A stretch of 64,000 nt of DNA from an uncultured Gemmatimonadota bacterium (GCA_964576115.1 CAZNUA010000006.1:1-64000); one strand, 5' to 3'; shown: positions 51,258 to 61,383, counted from the first letter of the stretch. Notes: a model not told the origin generated them from the sequence alone. Numbers and translations: made by a program.

Positions 51258-51323
51258 AACAGGCAGCACCGACGGACGGCCTTCAGTCGTCCGGCGAGAC
51301 GGACACCAAGCGAGAGGACAGTC

Positions 51324-51752
51324 ATGAAAGTCGGTATCATCATTTGCGATCGTTACCGCACCTGCGGAGGGGGCAAGTGCCTGCGCTCGATGCGCGAGCG
51401 TGCCGGGGGCTTCTCGATCTACCCCGCGGATGAACCCCTCGAACTGGTCGGCTACGGGACCTGCGCGGGCTGTCCGGGGGGCAATATCGAGTACCTCCCC
51501 GAGGAGATGATCAAGAACGGGGCCGAGGCGATCCACCTCGCCACCGGTCTGGTGGTCGGGTACCCGCCCTGCCCCCGTCTGGATTACTTCAAGGCATTCA
51601 TCGAGGAGCGGTACGGGATTCCGGTCGTGATCGGCACCCACCCGATCCCGGAGAAATACGTCAAGGTACACAAGAACCTGAATTCCTGGCCGATACTGGA
51701 GCGCGAAGAGGCGCTGATGGCCACCGAAGAGGTGCGGCTGGACTACGATTGA
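51324..51752 (+). CDS. CGGC domain metal-binding protein
   Basis: MKVGIIICD...CGGGKC...CAGCPG...IHLATG...PPCP...VVIGTH, with a GAGGA RBS. Confidence 0.9.
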   Translation: MKVGIIICDRYRTCGGGKCLRSMRERAGGFSIYPADEPLELVGYGTCAGCPGGNIEYLPEEMIKNGAEAIHLATGLVVGYPPCPRLDYFKAFIEERYGIPVVIGTHPIPEKYVKVHKNLNSWPILEREEALMATEEVRLDYD

Positions 51753-51823
51753 GCCTGAAGTCGCGCCAGGACACATTCGGACGACAGGGGTCTGTCGGCA
51801 GACAAATCCCGAGGGGGAGGATC

Positions 51824-52564
51824 ATGATCGTGCGAGCGACAGCCGCCCTGCTGGCGGCGGGACTGCTTCTGGCCGGGTGTTCGGCAGCCCGGTCCCAGGA
51901 ATTCGAAGCGGATACCTTCGAGACCTCGATGGGGGAACTCGAAATCATCTTCATCGGTCACGGGACGCTGATGTTCAGTCTCGCCGGCCGGGTGATCCAC
52001 ATCGATCCGGTCGGCCGTTACGCCGATTACGCGACCCTGCCCGACGCCGACCTGATCCTGATCACGCACGAGCACGGCGATCATCTCGATACAGACGCCA
52101 TCGGTCAGATCGCCACCGAAGGCACTCGTCTGATCTGCACGGCAGCCTGCGGCGAACCGCTCGAGGGCAGTGTCATCATGGGCAACGGGGACACCCGTGA
52201 GGAATTCGGCTTCGGTATCGAGGCCGTCCCGGCCTACAACATCGTGCACATGCGCAGCGGCGATACGCCCTATCATCCCCGGGGCTCCGGCAACGGCTAC
52301 GTGCTCACCTTCGGCGATACCCGGGTCTATGTGGCCGGAGACACCGAGAACACTCCGGAGATGAAGGCCCTGCGCGACATCGACATCGCCTTTCTGCCGA
52401 TGAACCTGCCCTACACCATGACACCCGAGATGGTGGCCGACGCCGCCCGCGCCTTCCACCCGCATATCCTCTATCCCTATCACTACGGCAACACCGATCC
52501 GCAGGAGCTGGTCGAGCTGCTGGCCGACACCGATATCGAGGTGCGCATCCGGGCTCTGAGATAG
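51824..52564 (+). CDS. MBL-fold metallo-hydrolase, probable lipoprotein
   Basis: THEHGDHLD, YVAGDT, YPYHY, lipobox LAGC, and a GGAGG RBS. Confidence 0.9.
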   Translation: MIVRATAALLAAGLLLAGCSAARSQEFEADTFETSMGELEIIFIGHGTLMFSLAGRVIHIDPVGRYADYATLPDADLILITHEHGDHLDTDAIGQIATEGTRLICTAACGEPLEGSVIMGNGDTREEFGFGIEAVPAYNIVHMRSGDTPYHPRGSGNGYVLTFGDTRVYVAGDTENTPEMKALRDIDIAFLPMNLPYTMTPEMVADAARAFHPHILYPYHYGNTDPQELVELLADTDIEVRIRALR

Positions 52565-52606
52565 GGAACGTGTTCTGACTCCGGACCGGCAGGAGGTGTC
52601 GTACCC

Positions 52607-55600
52607 ATGCTGTCCCAGGCCCTGGCTCTCTTTCTGATCTTCGCCGAGCCCGGTTTCCCCGCCTCCGGGCTCGACCTGCCCCTGCCCTTTCCGCTGACCG
52701 AGCATGTCATCGTGGCCCGGAGCACCGAGGAACTGATCGACGAACTCGATCCCGGGCGGGTTCTGGTCTGGCGGCACGGGGGCGCCTTTCCGGCCGAGGC
52801 GTGGCCGGCCCTGGTCGAGTTCCTCGAAGCCGGTGGACGGTTGCTGCACCTGGGCGGTGAAGCCTTCACCCGCCCGGTCATAGGCCCGCCAGGCGACCGG
52901 ATCGTCCAGCCCCCGACTGTTTCACTGCTCAAAGAACTCAATCTCAACCGCATCTATGTCCGTAATGCCGGCGGCGCCCGCCACCACTGGCTCGAGCGTG
53001 AGTGGCCGACTCCGGCCGATATGGTTCTGCCTGCCGGTGCCCGGGTGGCGATTCTCGAGCCGCGTCTGAGCGAGACGAAGCGGGTGGGCACTGAAGACGG
53101 CTCCGACGGTCCCCGCGAAGGGATCGTCCGGCCTCTCTCTTTCGTTCATCTGGACGGTGAGGACGAGCGGTTTCCGGCCGCAGCGGGGGCTTTCGCCATC
53201 GACCGTCTTGAGGGTCGTTTTGCCGGTGGGCGCTGGGTCTTCCGGCTGCTCTCAACCCCGGCGAGTTCAGATGAACTCGAGTTGCTCATGATCGAGGCTC
53301 TGGCACCGGTCACCGACTCCCGTCTCGATCCCCTGTACGGCTGCTTTCACGAGGGCGAACAGCCCGAGGTGACCCTGCGTCTGTTCGATCCCGGAGCCGA
53401 AGGCGAGATCCCGGTCAACGTCCGGTTGACCCTGATCGAACCAGACGGCCGGGAGCGTCGCCTGAGGGGCTTCACCCTGCCCGCCGGACGGCAGAGTGCC
53501 TCGGCCGTGCCCCTGCCCCGTCTCACCCGGCCCGGCCTCTATCGCCTGCGGGCCCGCATCGACCGCTTCCAGCCCGCCGAGACCGGTTTCTGGATCATGG
53601 ATGAAGCTCTCTTTACTTCCGGCGATGCTTTATCTTTCGATCGTTATACACTGTTACGCAACGGAATACCTGATCCTGTCGTCGGTTCAACAGTCATGAG
53701 TTCCACCGTGCACCGGCAGTATCTGTTCGAGCCGAACGCGGCTGTCTGGGACGACACCTTCCGGGAGATAGCCGCCCTGGGCATGACTCTCACCCGCACC
53801 GGGGTCTGGACCGGTTTCGAGCGGATCATGAGCGCCGATGGTGAAGTCGATGAAGCCTGGCTGCGGGCCCTGGAAGCCTATTACCTGAGTGCCCGCCGGC
53901 ACGGTGTGGCGGTCATTTTCACCTTCTTCGCCTTCACTCCACCGGCCTGGGGGGGCGCGAGCCCCTATTTCGATCCGGTCTCGCTCTCGGCACAGAAACG
54001 GTATGTCGGGGCTGTTGCGGACAGGTTCGCGCCTGCCGGGGAGATGATCTGGGACCTCATCAACGAGCCCAGCTTCGCCAATCCGCGCCGTCTCTGGGTC
54101 TGTCGCCCAAACGGGGACGAACACGAGACGTCCGCCTTCCTGACCTGGCTGCGCTCCCGGTACGGCGGCGATCAACAGGATCACGGGGATATGACCTGGC
54201 AGGAGCGCGTGCGGGCGCGCTGGCGCCTGCTTCCCGGTGAGACCATCGACCTGCCCCGGGAGAGCGATTTTTCAGAGCGTTATTACATGGAAGAGTCCCG
54301 TCCCTGGCGAGCGAAAGACTACCTGCACTTCGCCCAGGATGCGTTCGAGGACTGGGTTCACGCGATGACCGGAGCGATCCGGTCGGCAGGTTCGGGCGCC
54401 GCCGTCACGGTCGGACAGGACGAGGGGGGGCTGGTCGAACGCCCCTCTCCCCTCTTTCACGGCCGGGCGGTCGATTTCACCTCCATGCACACCTGGTGGC
54501 ACAACGACGCCCAGCTCTGGGACTCACTCATGGCCCGCTGGGGGGGCAAACCCCTGCTGGTGAGCGAAACCGGGATCATGCAGCGCGAACTACTCTCGGG
54601 GGAGTCCCTGCGAAACCTCGACGATTGTGCCGATCTGCTCTCACGCAAGCTGGCGGCCGCCTTCGCGGCCGGGGCCTGGGGCGCGATCGAATGGGTCTAC
54701 GACGTCAATCCCTACATGCCGTCCGATAACGAGGTGGCCATCGGTCTGCGCCGGCCCGACGGCAGTTACAAACCCGAACACCGGATTCTGCGCGACTTCT
54801 CTGCCTTCATCGACCGTCACGGGCATCTCTTCCGCGATCCCGTCGCACCCGAAGTGGCTGTAGTGGTGCCCTTTTCGGGTCTCTTCGGACCCCGCGACCT
54901 GCAGACCGGGGCCACCCGGGCGCTGGTGCGCAATCTGATGGAGATCGGGCAGGTCCCGATCCGCATGGTGAGCGAGTATAGAACCGGCGAGCAGCTCACC
55001 CGGCCCGCACCTCCCGATCTGATCGTTCTGCCCTCCTGTTCGGGAATCAGCGACAGGGCCTGGCGCGATATCCTCGCGGCGGTTGAACAGGGCGCCATCC
55101 TGCACTGTTCGGGTTTTTTCGAGGCCGATGACGCCGGCCTGCCGGCCGAACGCCTGGGTACGATCCGACGCCCGCTCGGGCTCGTTGAGACGATCGCCGA
55201 GGTGCCCGGAACCGAAAGCGAGCCCTGCCTGCGCTTTCCCCTCGAGGCGGTCGAATCGGGTTATGCCGCCGCTCACGGGGCCATGCCGAAGGTCACCGAC
55301 TACGGCGCCGGCCGGATCCGGCACTATGCCCTGCCCCTGGAGTGGGCCGAGCCCGGCGATCTACAGCGCGCCTGTCACGACCTCTCGCTCCACGCTGCCG
55401 GGGCGGCCTACCCGAATCGCTTCCGGGCCCGTACCCCCGAGGGGCTCGGGATCTATTTCCGGGATTTCGAAGCGCACACCCTCGTCATTGCCATCAACGA
55501 GACCGCCGCCGGGCAGGAGTTCGTGATCGTCCCGCCGGCTGGAACCGCAGGCGGGAACGGCCGTGAGGTCTTTCGGGGCGAGGTCCAGGCCGGAACGGGG

Positions 55601-55663
55601 GCTCTTTTCCTGCTCACCGCCGAAGGTGAGTTCGTCGACTCGACCCCGACCTTCGATCGCTGA
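52607..55663 (+). CDS. Large clan GH-A glycoside hydrolase (GH5/GH42-like), probably secreted
   Basis: WDLINEP (acid/base-like), VDFTSMHTW, LLVSETG (nucleophile-like), and a C-terminal trimerisation-like region (VAVVVP...LIVLPS). Confidence 0.7.
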   Translation: MLSQALALFLIFAEPGFPASGLDLPLPFPLTEHVIVARSTEELIDELDPGRVLVWRHGGAFPAEAWPALVEFLEAGGRLLHLGGEAFTRPVIGPPGDRIVQPPTVSLLKELNLNRIYVRNAGGARHHWLEREWPTPADMVLPAGARVAILEPRLSETKRVGTEDGSDGPREGIVRPLSFVHLDGEDERFPAAAGAFAIDRLEGRFAGGRWVFRLLSTPASSDELELLMIEALAPVTDSRLDPLYGCFHEGEQPEVTLRLFDPGAEGEIPVNVRLTLIEPDGRERRLRGFTLPAGRQSASAVPLPRLTRPGLYRLRARIDRFQPAETGFWIMDEALFTSGDALSFDRYTLLRNGIPDPVVGSTVMSSTVHRQYLFEPNAAVWDDTFREIAALGMTLTRTGVWTGFERIMSADGEVDEAWLRALEAYYLSARRHGVAVIFTFFAFTPPAWGGASPYFDPVSLSAQKRYVGAVADRFAPAGEMIWDLINEPSFANPRRLWVCRPNGDEHETSAFLTWLRSRYGGDQQDHGDMTWQERVRARWRLLPGETIDLPRESDFSERYYMEESRPWRAKDYLHFAQDAFEDWVHAMTGAIRSAGSGAAVTVGQDEGGLVERPSPLFHGRAVDFTSMHTWWHNDAQLWDSLMARWGGKPLLVSETGIMQRELLSGESLRNLDDCADLLSRKLAAAFAAGAWGAIEWVYDVNPYMPSDNEVAIGLRRPDGSYKPEHRILRDFSAFIDRHGHLFRDPVAPEVAVVVPFSGLFGPRDLQTGATRALVRNLMEIGQVPIRMVSEYRTGEQLTRPAPPDLIVLPSCSGISDRAWRDILAAVEQGAILHCSGFFEADDAGLPAERLGTIRRPLGLVETIAEVPGTESEPCLRFPLEAVESGYAAAHGAMPKVTDYGAGRIRHYALPLEWAEPGDLQRACHDLSLHAAGAAYPNRFRARTPEGLGIYFRDFEAHTLVIAINETAAGQEFVIVPPAGTAGGNGREVFRGEVQAGTGALFLLTAEGEFVDSTPTFDR

Positions 55664-55881
55664 TACCGTCTGATATTCGAACCGGAGCTCAATCGCGGCA
55701 TGCCCGGCGTGAACAGATCGACCTCCCGGCCTGTACCAGGTGAGGGAAGAGACCCCTCGGGACGGAGATTCCGTTCCACACCGGTCTCATGAGCAGAGGG
55801 ATCCTGTCAGAGCCACTGTCTATGATCTGACTCCCCTGCCGTCACACCCCCCGCGCAGCATCATCGGTCCTGTCAAAGGAC

Positions 55882-55909
55882 TTGAATTTTACACATATAA
55901 GTGTAGTAT
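55882..55909 (+). promoter_or_regulatory. hicAB promoter with palindromic operator
   Basis: TTGAAT-N16-TAGTAT, with the inverted repeat TACAC-N6-GTGTA at 55890-55905. Confidence 0.65.
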
Positions 55910-55913
55910 TGTC

Positions 55914-56093
55914 ATGAAACGCAAAGACCTCGAGAAATGCCTGCGTACTCACGGCTGGTGGTTCGCCAGGCATGGACGTCGACATGATATCTGGACCGAT
56001 GGTGAGAGGGAACTGGCTGTGCCGAGACATAAGGAACTGAATGAGTATACGGCCATGGCCATTCTGAAAGAGGCGAAGGGAGAGAAGAGATGA
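55914..56093 (+). CDS. hicA: Type II TA toxin, HicA family (59 aa)
   Basis: MKRKDLEKCLRTHGWWFARHGRRHDIW...VPRHKELNEYTAMAILK. Confidence 0.92.
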   Translation: MKRKDLEKCLRTHGWWFARHGRRHDIWTDGERELAVPRHKELNEYTAMAILKEAKGEKR

Positions 56094-56509
56094 GATTCTC
56101 CGGTCGGGTCTTCCCATCCGGACGCTACTGGGCGATCGAAGTCCCCATCCTCGGTGTCTACACGCAGGGATATTCGCGGGAGGACGCCTTCGCTATGATC
56201 GCAGATGCCGTCGAATTACTCGTCGATCGGGACGGTTTCTCCGTCCAGGTCTATCCCGGCCAGGGTGACTATTTCGAACTGGGTGCCAGTGATCAATCAC
56301 GTCTGACGGCCCTGCTCCTGCGACGGGCCCGTCTGCGGGCCGGTCTGAGCCTGGCCGAGGTCGCCGCTCGTCTGGGCGCGAAGTCTCTGAATGCCTATGC
56401 CCGGTATGAGCAGGGTCGGGCCGTCCCGACCCTTACGAAGCTGACCGAACTCTATGCCGCCGTCGCGCCCCGGGGAGATTTCGTCCTGAGCGAGTGCCGA
56501 ACCGGTTGA
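56090..56509 (+). CDS. hicB: Type II TA antitoxin, HicB family with C-terminal XRE HTH
   Basis: YTQGYSREDAFAMIADAV and GLSLAEVAARLG...YARYEQG, with an ATGA overlap to hicA. Confidence 0.9.
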   Translation: MRFSGRVFPSGRYWAIEVPILGVYTQGYSREDAFAMIADAVELLVDRDGFSVQVYPGQGDYFELGASDQSRLTALLLRRARLRAGLSLAEVAARLGAKSLNAYARYEQGRAVPTLTKLTELYAAVAPRGDFVLSECRTG

Positions 56510-56542
56510 TAACGAGTCGCCGACAGAACACGATTGCACGAA

Positions 56543-57526
56543 TTAATGCCCAAAGATGTCGCTCAGGGGAAACAGGGCCAGCTGCATCGTATCCCGTTCG
56601 ATCCCGAACACATATCCCGCCGGACCGGCGTAGAACTGCCGGTAGCCCTCCGGCCAGGGGGCACGGCCCAGAACCTCACCGGCCGAGGTGACCCGCACCA
56701 GTTCGCTGCCGACCGAGACCAGCAGGGTGCCGTCATCAGCCAAGCAGAAGCTGAACAGCGCGATCGAAATCATGCCGCCGATATTGCCCGAGAGGTTCCG
56801 GTTCTCTTCGCGCATTTCCTTGATCAATCGTTCGACTGTTTCACTGGGGACCGTGAAGCGGCGTATGACCTCGGTGCCCCTGACGACTTCGATGCCGGCA
56901 TCGATCTGATAGCAGATAAAGAGCAGTTCCCTGTCCGGATCCCAGTCGAGGAACGCCTTGCTGACCAGGGTATCCCGCGTTTTCCCGGTAATGGGTTCGG
57001 GATCGCGCCATTCGGTGACGGCGGTTCGACTCTCCTCTTCGGGTTCGATCATCACAACCGGACCATCTTCTCCCATCCGAGCTGCAACGAAAAGGAGACG
57101 CTCATTGGCGACCTCGAGATCCCACGGAATAATGCCCCGGATCCAGCTCAGATACTCGAACTCGTTCGTATAGGTCACGATCCGGCTGTTCCCGGCGATA
57201 TGAATCGTGCCTTCCGGTCCCCAGCGAACCGCCGTGAGTTCTTCGTACTCGCCCGGACCCTGCCCCCTCCGGCACAGGGAGTCCACCCGGCCGTCGGTTC
57301 TAATCCGCCAGACAGTGCGCGTGCCCTCATCGGCGATCAGCAGCCCGTAGGCGGGGTGATAGTCCAGATTGGCGATCCGGCTCAGCAGCAGGCGGTTAAC
57401 CCGCTCCAGGTACATTTCTGGATCGACCTGCCCGTGGGCTGAAGAGGTGATGCAGACGGTAGCGATCACGCCGATCAGGAGTCCCCGACAGGTTCGTCTG
57501 AATGGCAGAACAGGCATGAGATACAC
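56543..57526 (-). CDS. 6-bladed beta-propeller secreted protein
   Basis: Signal peptide ending SSAHG and the motif SLCRRGQGPGEY. Confidence 0.75.
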   Translation of the reverse strand: MYLMPVLPFRRTCRGLLIGVIATVCITSSAHGQVDPEMYLERVNRLLLSRIANLDYHPAYGLLIADEGTRTVWRIRTDGRVDSLCRRGQGPGEYEELTAVRWGPEGTIHIAGNSRIVTYTNEFEYLSWIRGIIPWDLEVANERLLFVAARMGEDGPVVMIEPEEESRTAVTEWRDPEPITGKTRDTLVSKAFLDWDPDRELLFICYQIDAGIEVVRGTEVIRRFTVPSETVERLIKEMREENRNLSGNIGGMISIALFSFCLADDGTLLVSVGSELVRVTSAGEVLGRAPWPEGYRQFYAGPAGYVFGIERDTMQLALFPLSDIFGH

Positions 57527-57551
57527 CTCCTGAGTGATAACAGGTGCCCTT

Positions 57552-58829
57552 CTATTCTCTATCGTCCTTCCACTTGAACCCCGGTGCCAGAGGTTTCAGG
57601 CGGAAACGCTGGATACGCGGGCCTTCGTCTTCAACCAGGGCGCCCCGGTGATAGACGCAGCCGCCGCCGATGACGGCCGGGTAGAAATCGAATTCCTGCA
57701 CTCCCAACCAGACCCCCTCGGAACTGAAAACATCGTATTTCAGATACCGGTCGGTTCTGCCGGCCGGAGTGGGGCCCAGAACGTACTCGACCCAGATCCG
57801 TCCCTCGGCATCGGGAAAAGCCCGGGAAAACGCGGGATAGCGGTCCGGGAAGGGGATCCGTTTGGCGATCCGGCGCAGATAGGCCTGATCGTTCTCGGTG
57901 TAGTACCGGCGGGCTTCCTCCCGATCGGCGGACGAAACCCGGGGACGCTCCCACTCCCGCTCGATGTGCAGCTGCGGCTCGCCTTCAGACGACATGACCG
58001 TCAGGCGTCCGGCCTCGGGGTCGAAAAGAAGCAGCTTCCCGTCAGGGAACGGGACGATATCGGGCCATCGGGCAAAGGGGATCGGAGCGCCGGTGTACTC
58101 GGAGGTGGCGAAATCGGATTCATAACGAAGTTCCATGAACTCCCTGATGACGGTGAATTCTTCATCGAGGAAACAGTACGTTTTTTGCGTTTCATGGGGC
58201 CTGGCAGTGACCCCGGAACGTGCGGCGTCCATGTCATAGCCGAGGTAGCTGCCGTTGCCCTGTGGCAGGAAGTACCGCCACGCGCGGTCCGACACCAGAC
58301 CATAGTTCACGGTGTCGAGCACTTCGCCCGTCAGCGACAGCCGCGTAGCCCGGTTCAGGGCTCGGTCGTCGATCAGGACGACCTCCCCGGTGACATCCCA
58401 GTACGTGAACCACGGCTGCCGATACTCCCCCGGCCCCGAGCCGGAACCGCCGGTGCGGACCAGTAATTCTCCTTGAGGCGAGAGGATGTAGACCTCGCAA
58501 CGGCGAGGTTCGATCAGGACCATCCGCCCGTCGGGGGCCACAAGAATATCGGGACTGGCCCAGAAGATCTGCCATTCGGGTTCCCCGCTCTCGCGACCTA
58601 TCACCAGATCGAGCTCAACCTCGAAAAGCGGCCCCGTGTGCTGCGGAGCCCCCTCGGTACGCACCAGGGGCACACCGTCGATCTCAGAGCGTATGACGTG
58701 ATGTTCGGCCCCACTCTGAGCACCTGCCGGTGACCAGGGGGCGCCGAGCAGGCCGAACAGAAGCTGAAGGAGACTCATCCTGAGAACGACGGTGATCTTT
58801 TTCCGGGACATGTCTTGATAGCAGGACAT
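57552..58829 (-). CDS. 6-bladed beta-propeller secreted protein
   Basis: Signal peptide, TGGSGSGPGEY, PDAEGRIWV...YDVFSSEGVWLG. The start is uncertain (58829 or 58811). Confidence 0.78.
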   Translation of the reverse strand: MSCYQDMSRKKITVVLRMSLLQLLFGLLGAPWSPAGAQSGAEHHVIRSEIDGVPLVRTEGAPQHTGPLFEVELDLVIGRESGEPEWQIFWASPDILVAPDGRMVLIEPRRCEVYILSPQGELLVRTGGSGSGPGEYRQPWFTYWDVTGEVVLIDDRALNRATRLSLTGEVLDTVNYGLVSDRAWRYFLPQGNGSYLGYDMDAARSGVTARPHETQKTYCFLDEEFTVIREFMELRYESDFATSEYTGAPIPFARWPDIVPFPDGKLLLFDPEAGRLTVMSSEGEPQLHIEREWERPRVSSADREEARRYYTENDQAYLRRIAKRIPFPDRYPAFSRAFPDAEGRIWVEYVLGPTPAGRTDRYLKYDVFSSEGVWLGVQEFDFYPAVIGGGCVYHRGALVEDEGPRIQRFRLKPLAPGFKWKDDRE

Positions 58830-61201
58830 CAGCGCAGCCTCAGTACCCGGGCCTGCAGGATCTCACGGGTGCTGTCGTCCTGCACAAAGGCCACCAGGAC
58901 CAGCTCATCCCGGTCGATTTCGTGCCGGCGGGCGGGGAAATCATACCCCTGTTCGGTTTCGAACGTCGTCAGGTAATCGAGCAACTCGGCCTGCAGCTCG
59001 CCGATGTCGATCCAGTTCACGATTGATCGCTGCTTCCCGGCGTCGATGGCAAAGCCCTCGGGACCGCCGATCATCTGCCGGACCACCATCGGGTGTTCAC
59101 TCACGCCGTTACTGCCTTCATGGTGGATTGGACCTTCGGCCAGGGCGATGCGCAGGCGCAGGTTCTCGCTCGTCTGCAGGTCAGGATCGGTTACCTGGTA
59201 CGAGGCGATGACCTGGAGCCGGTCTCCCTCCCAGCGGCCGTCGACCACGACCTCGACTCCCGCCGGTCGGGCGAGCTGGTTCTCGATCGACCAGGAGTAG
59301 CGCTGGAAGCGGGCCCGGGCGATGTTCGCTCCGCCCCCTCCCCCTATGACATCCCGGCCGTTGATGATGGCGGTCGGCACCCCGCCGATGAGCCGCTCCT
59401 CGGCATTGTAGTAGTCGCGGCGGGCTTCGGAGTCGGGATTGGTCATCGGATCGGGCGCGGGGATGTGCTGATGATAGACGAGTAAGCCCAGAACCTGATC
59501 GGGGTAGTAGAGGAGCAGGTTGTCGAAGGCCAGATCGGCCCCCAGACAGGGCGGGCATTCCGAACCGGTGAAGAGTTCGGCCAGCACCACCCGCCCCGAC
59601 CAGTCGTCGGGGACGGCGAAAGTGCCCTCGATGTGCCAATCTTCCAGCTCGGCCTGCAACTGCTCCAGGGCGGCCTGCAGGTCCCGCTCGGCCCCGTAGG
59701 TCTCCTCCCACAGCTCCTGGAGTGGACGCATGATGTTGGGATGGGCGTAAACAGCCGCAGCATCGAGATACTCCTGCAGGGCTTCTTCGGTGCGCCCCAG
59801 GGCCGTGAGCGCCGCACCCCGGGTGGTATGAAAGTTGAATTCATACGGTGCGGCCAGTGGCAGAGCCGGCTCCAGGGCCGCCAGCACGTCTTCCCAGTTC
59901 TCGCTGCCCTGCTCGAGCTGGGCCAGGAGCACCCGGGCTGCCACGAAGGCATCCGGCCCGGCCTCGAGTGTCATCCGGTCCACAACTTCACCGGCCAGTT
60001 GCCGGGTCAGGTCGGGCAGTAATTCCATGTCATGCAGGGAGTTGGCTATTTGCTGCCTGGTCGCCAGATTGTCTGGGACCCGGTCCAGAATCCGCTCCAC
60101 CCCCTGTTCGAAGAGTCGGTCGCGGTAAGCATCCCAATCTTCATCTCCGCCCGACCTGATCTGGGCCAGGCGGTCGAAGGCCGCCTGAGCCCGCCGGTCG
60201 CGTGGCGTGAGGAGCCGGGCTTCGACCAGGTATCCTTCGGCTTCAGCCCAGGCTTCCTGCTCGACCAGCAGGGCTCCGAGAATCCCTTTGAGAGCCGTTT
60301 CATCGGGATCGCGGGCCAGGGCCTCGCGGGCATAAGCCACGGCGGTGTCGGGCAGAAGTTCCAGTTCGTACAGAACCGCCGCCAGCTCTCCCTTGACCCG
60401 GGCCGGTTCTTCGGCCCCTGCCAGGCTGCGTTCGAGTCCGCGCTCGAGGGCCGCCGACTTCCAGTCGACAAGGGCCTCTTCGCTCTGGGCCCCTTCGGCG
60501 GCCAGTTCCTCGAACCGGGCCAGCCCGTCTGCGTGACGCGGATTCCGGAGAATGGCGTCCACCACGATCCCGGTGGCTTCCTCATCCCGTTCGTCAGCCA
60601 TCAGGAAGGTGGCAAGATTGACCATGTAGTCGGGATTGTTCCCCGTCAGTTCGACGGCTTCACGCTGCAGGTCGATGGCCCGCTCGGTCTGGCCCCGGGC
60701 ATGGGCGATATTGGTCACCGTATCCAGAACCATGCCGCGGTTGTTGCGTCCGGCCGGGCTCTCATCATAGGCCGGGAACCCGGCGATGGCGATATCGGCC
60801 CAGACCGCAGCCGTGTCCAAGTGGGCGCTGGCCTCGAAGAGCGCCCAGGCGGCATTATTGAACGCCATCGGTGTTTCGCCCTCGCCGCGGCGCAGCAGGC
60901 GGGCGTACTCGAGAATGCGGAGCGAGGTGACGTCATGCCGGGCCACATAGGGAATCATCTGCCGCATCAGGGTCGGGATGCCTGCTGACTGCGGGTAGGC
61001 GGTCAACCATTCCTCGCATTGCTGGATGACCTCCTCGAACTCACCCGACCGCATCAGGGTCAGCAGGGCCCGGTAGCCGTCGATTTCGGCCTGGGTGGCC
61101 TGCTGGGCCCGGACTGCAGGCGGGGACAACATCAGCGCCAGCATCAGCGTGACGGCCAGAGACGGAACAGTCGCAAAGGAGAACGAGCGTTGTCGCGTCA
61201 T
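58829..61201 (-). CDS. Secreted TPR-repeat protein with a C-terminal thioredoxin-like CxxC (Omp28-like) domain
   Basis: Signal peptide (AVRA-Q), many TPR-like helices, VLAELFTGSECPPC, YHQHIPAPDPM, GVPTAIING, LVAFVQD. Confidence 0.8.
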   Translation of the reverse strand: MTRQRSFSFATVPSLAVTLMLALMLSPPAVRAQQATQAEIDGYRALLTLMRSGEFEEVIQQCEEWLTAYPQSAGIPTLMRQMIPYVARHDVTSLRILEYARLLRRGEGETPMAFNNAAWALFEASAHLDTAAVWADIAIAGFPAYDESPAGRNNRGMVLDTVTNIAHARGQTERAIDLQREAVELTGNNPDYMVNLATFLMADERDEEATGIVVDAILRNPRHADGLARFEELAAEGAQSEEALVDWKSAALERGLERSLAGAEEPARVKGELAAVLYELELLPDTAVAYAREALARDPDETALKGILGALLVEQEAWAEAEGYLVEARLLTPRDRRAQAAFDRLAQIRSGGDEDWDAYRDRLFEQGVERILDRVPDNLATRQQIANSLHDMELLPDLTRQLAGEVVDRMTLEAGPDAFVAARVLLAQLEQGSENWEDVLAALEPALPLAAPYEFNFHTTRGAALTALGRTEEALQEYLDAAAVYAHPNIMRPLQELWEETYGAERDLQAALEQLQAELEDWHIEGTFAVPDDWSGRVVLAELFTGSECPPCLGADLAFDNLLLYYPDQVLGLLVYHQHIPAPDPMTNPDSEARRDYYNAEERLIGGVPTAIINGRDVIGGGGGANIARARFQRYSWSIENQLARPAGVEVVVDGRWEGDRLQVIASYQVTDPDLQTSENLRLRIALAEGPIHHEGSNGVSEHPMVVRQMIGGPEGFAIDAGKQRSIVNWIDIGELQAELLDYLTTFETEQGYDFPARRHEIDRDELVLVAFVQDDSTREILQARVLRLR

Positions 61202-61383
61202 ACTTTCCCCCCGGGATCTGAAGAAAACCGGCCGGCTGCCCGGTCAAAGGCGGGTGCGGGAGATGCGATAACGCAGCCGTCACCGGAAAACGTCACAGTC
61301 AATCCTGCCATGGCACCAATACACCGGTTGCCGTAGACAGTCTACCATCGGGACGTATGCCAATGCAGGTAGTTTAGTTCACC

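Noticed and set aside
51273-51293. Hairpin CGGACGGC-cttca-GTCGTCCG as a terminator
   Set aside because: There is no U-tract and the next gene is co-oriented 30 nt later. At most it is a stability or pause element.
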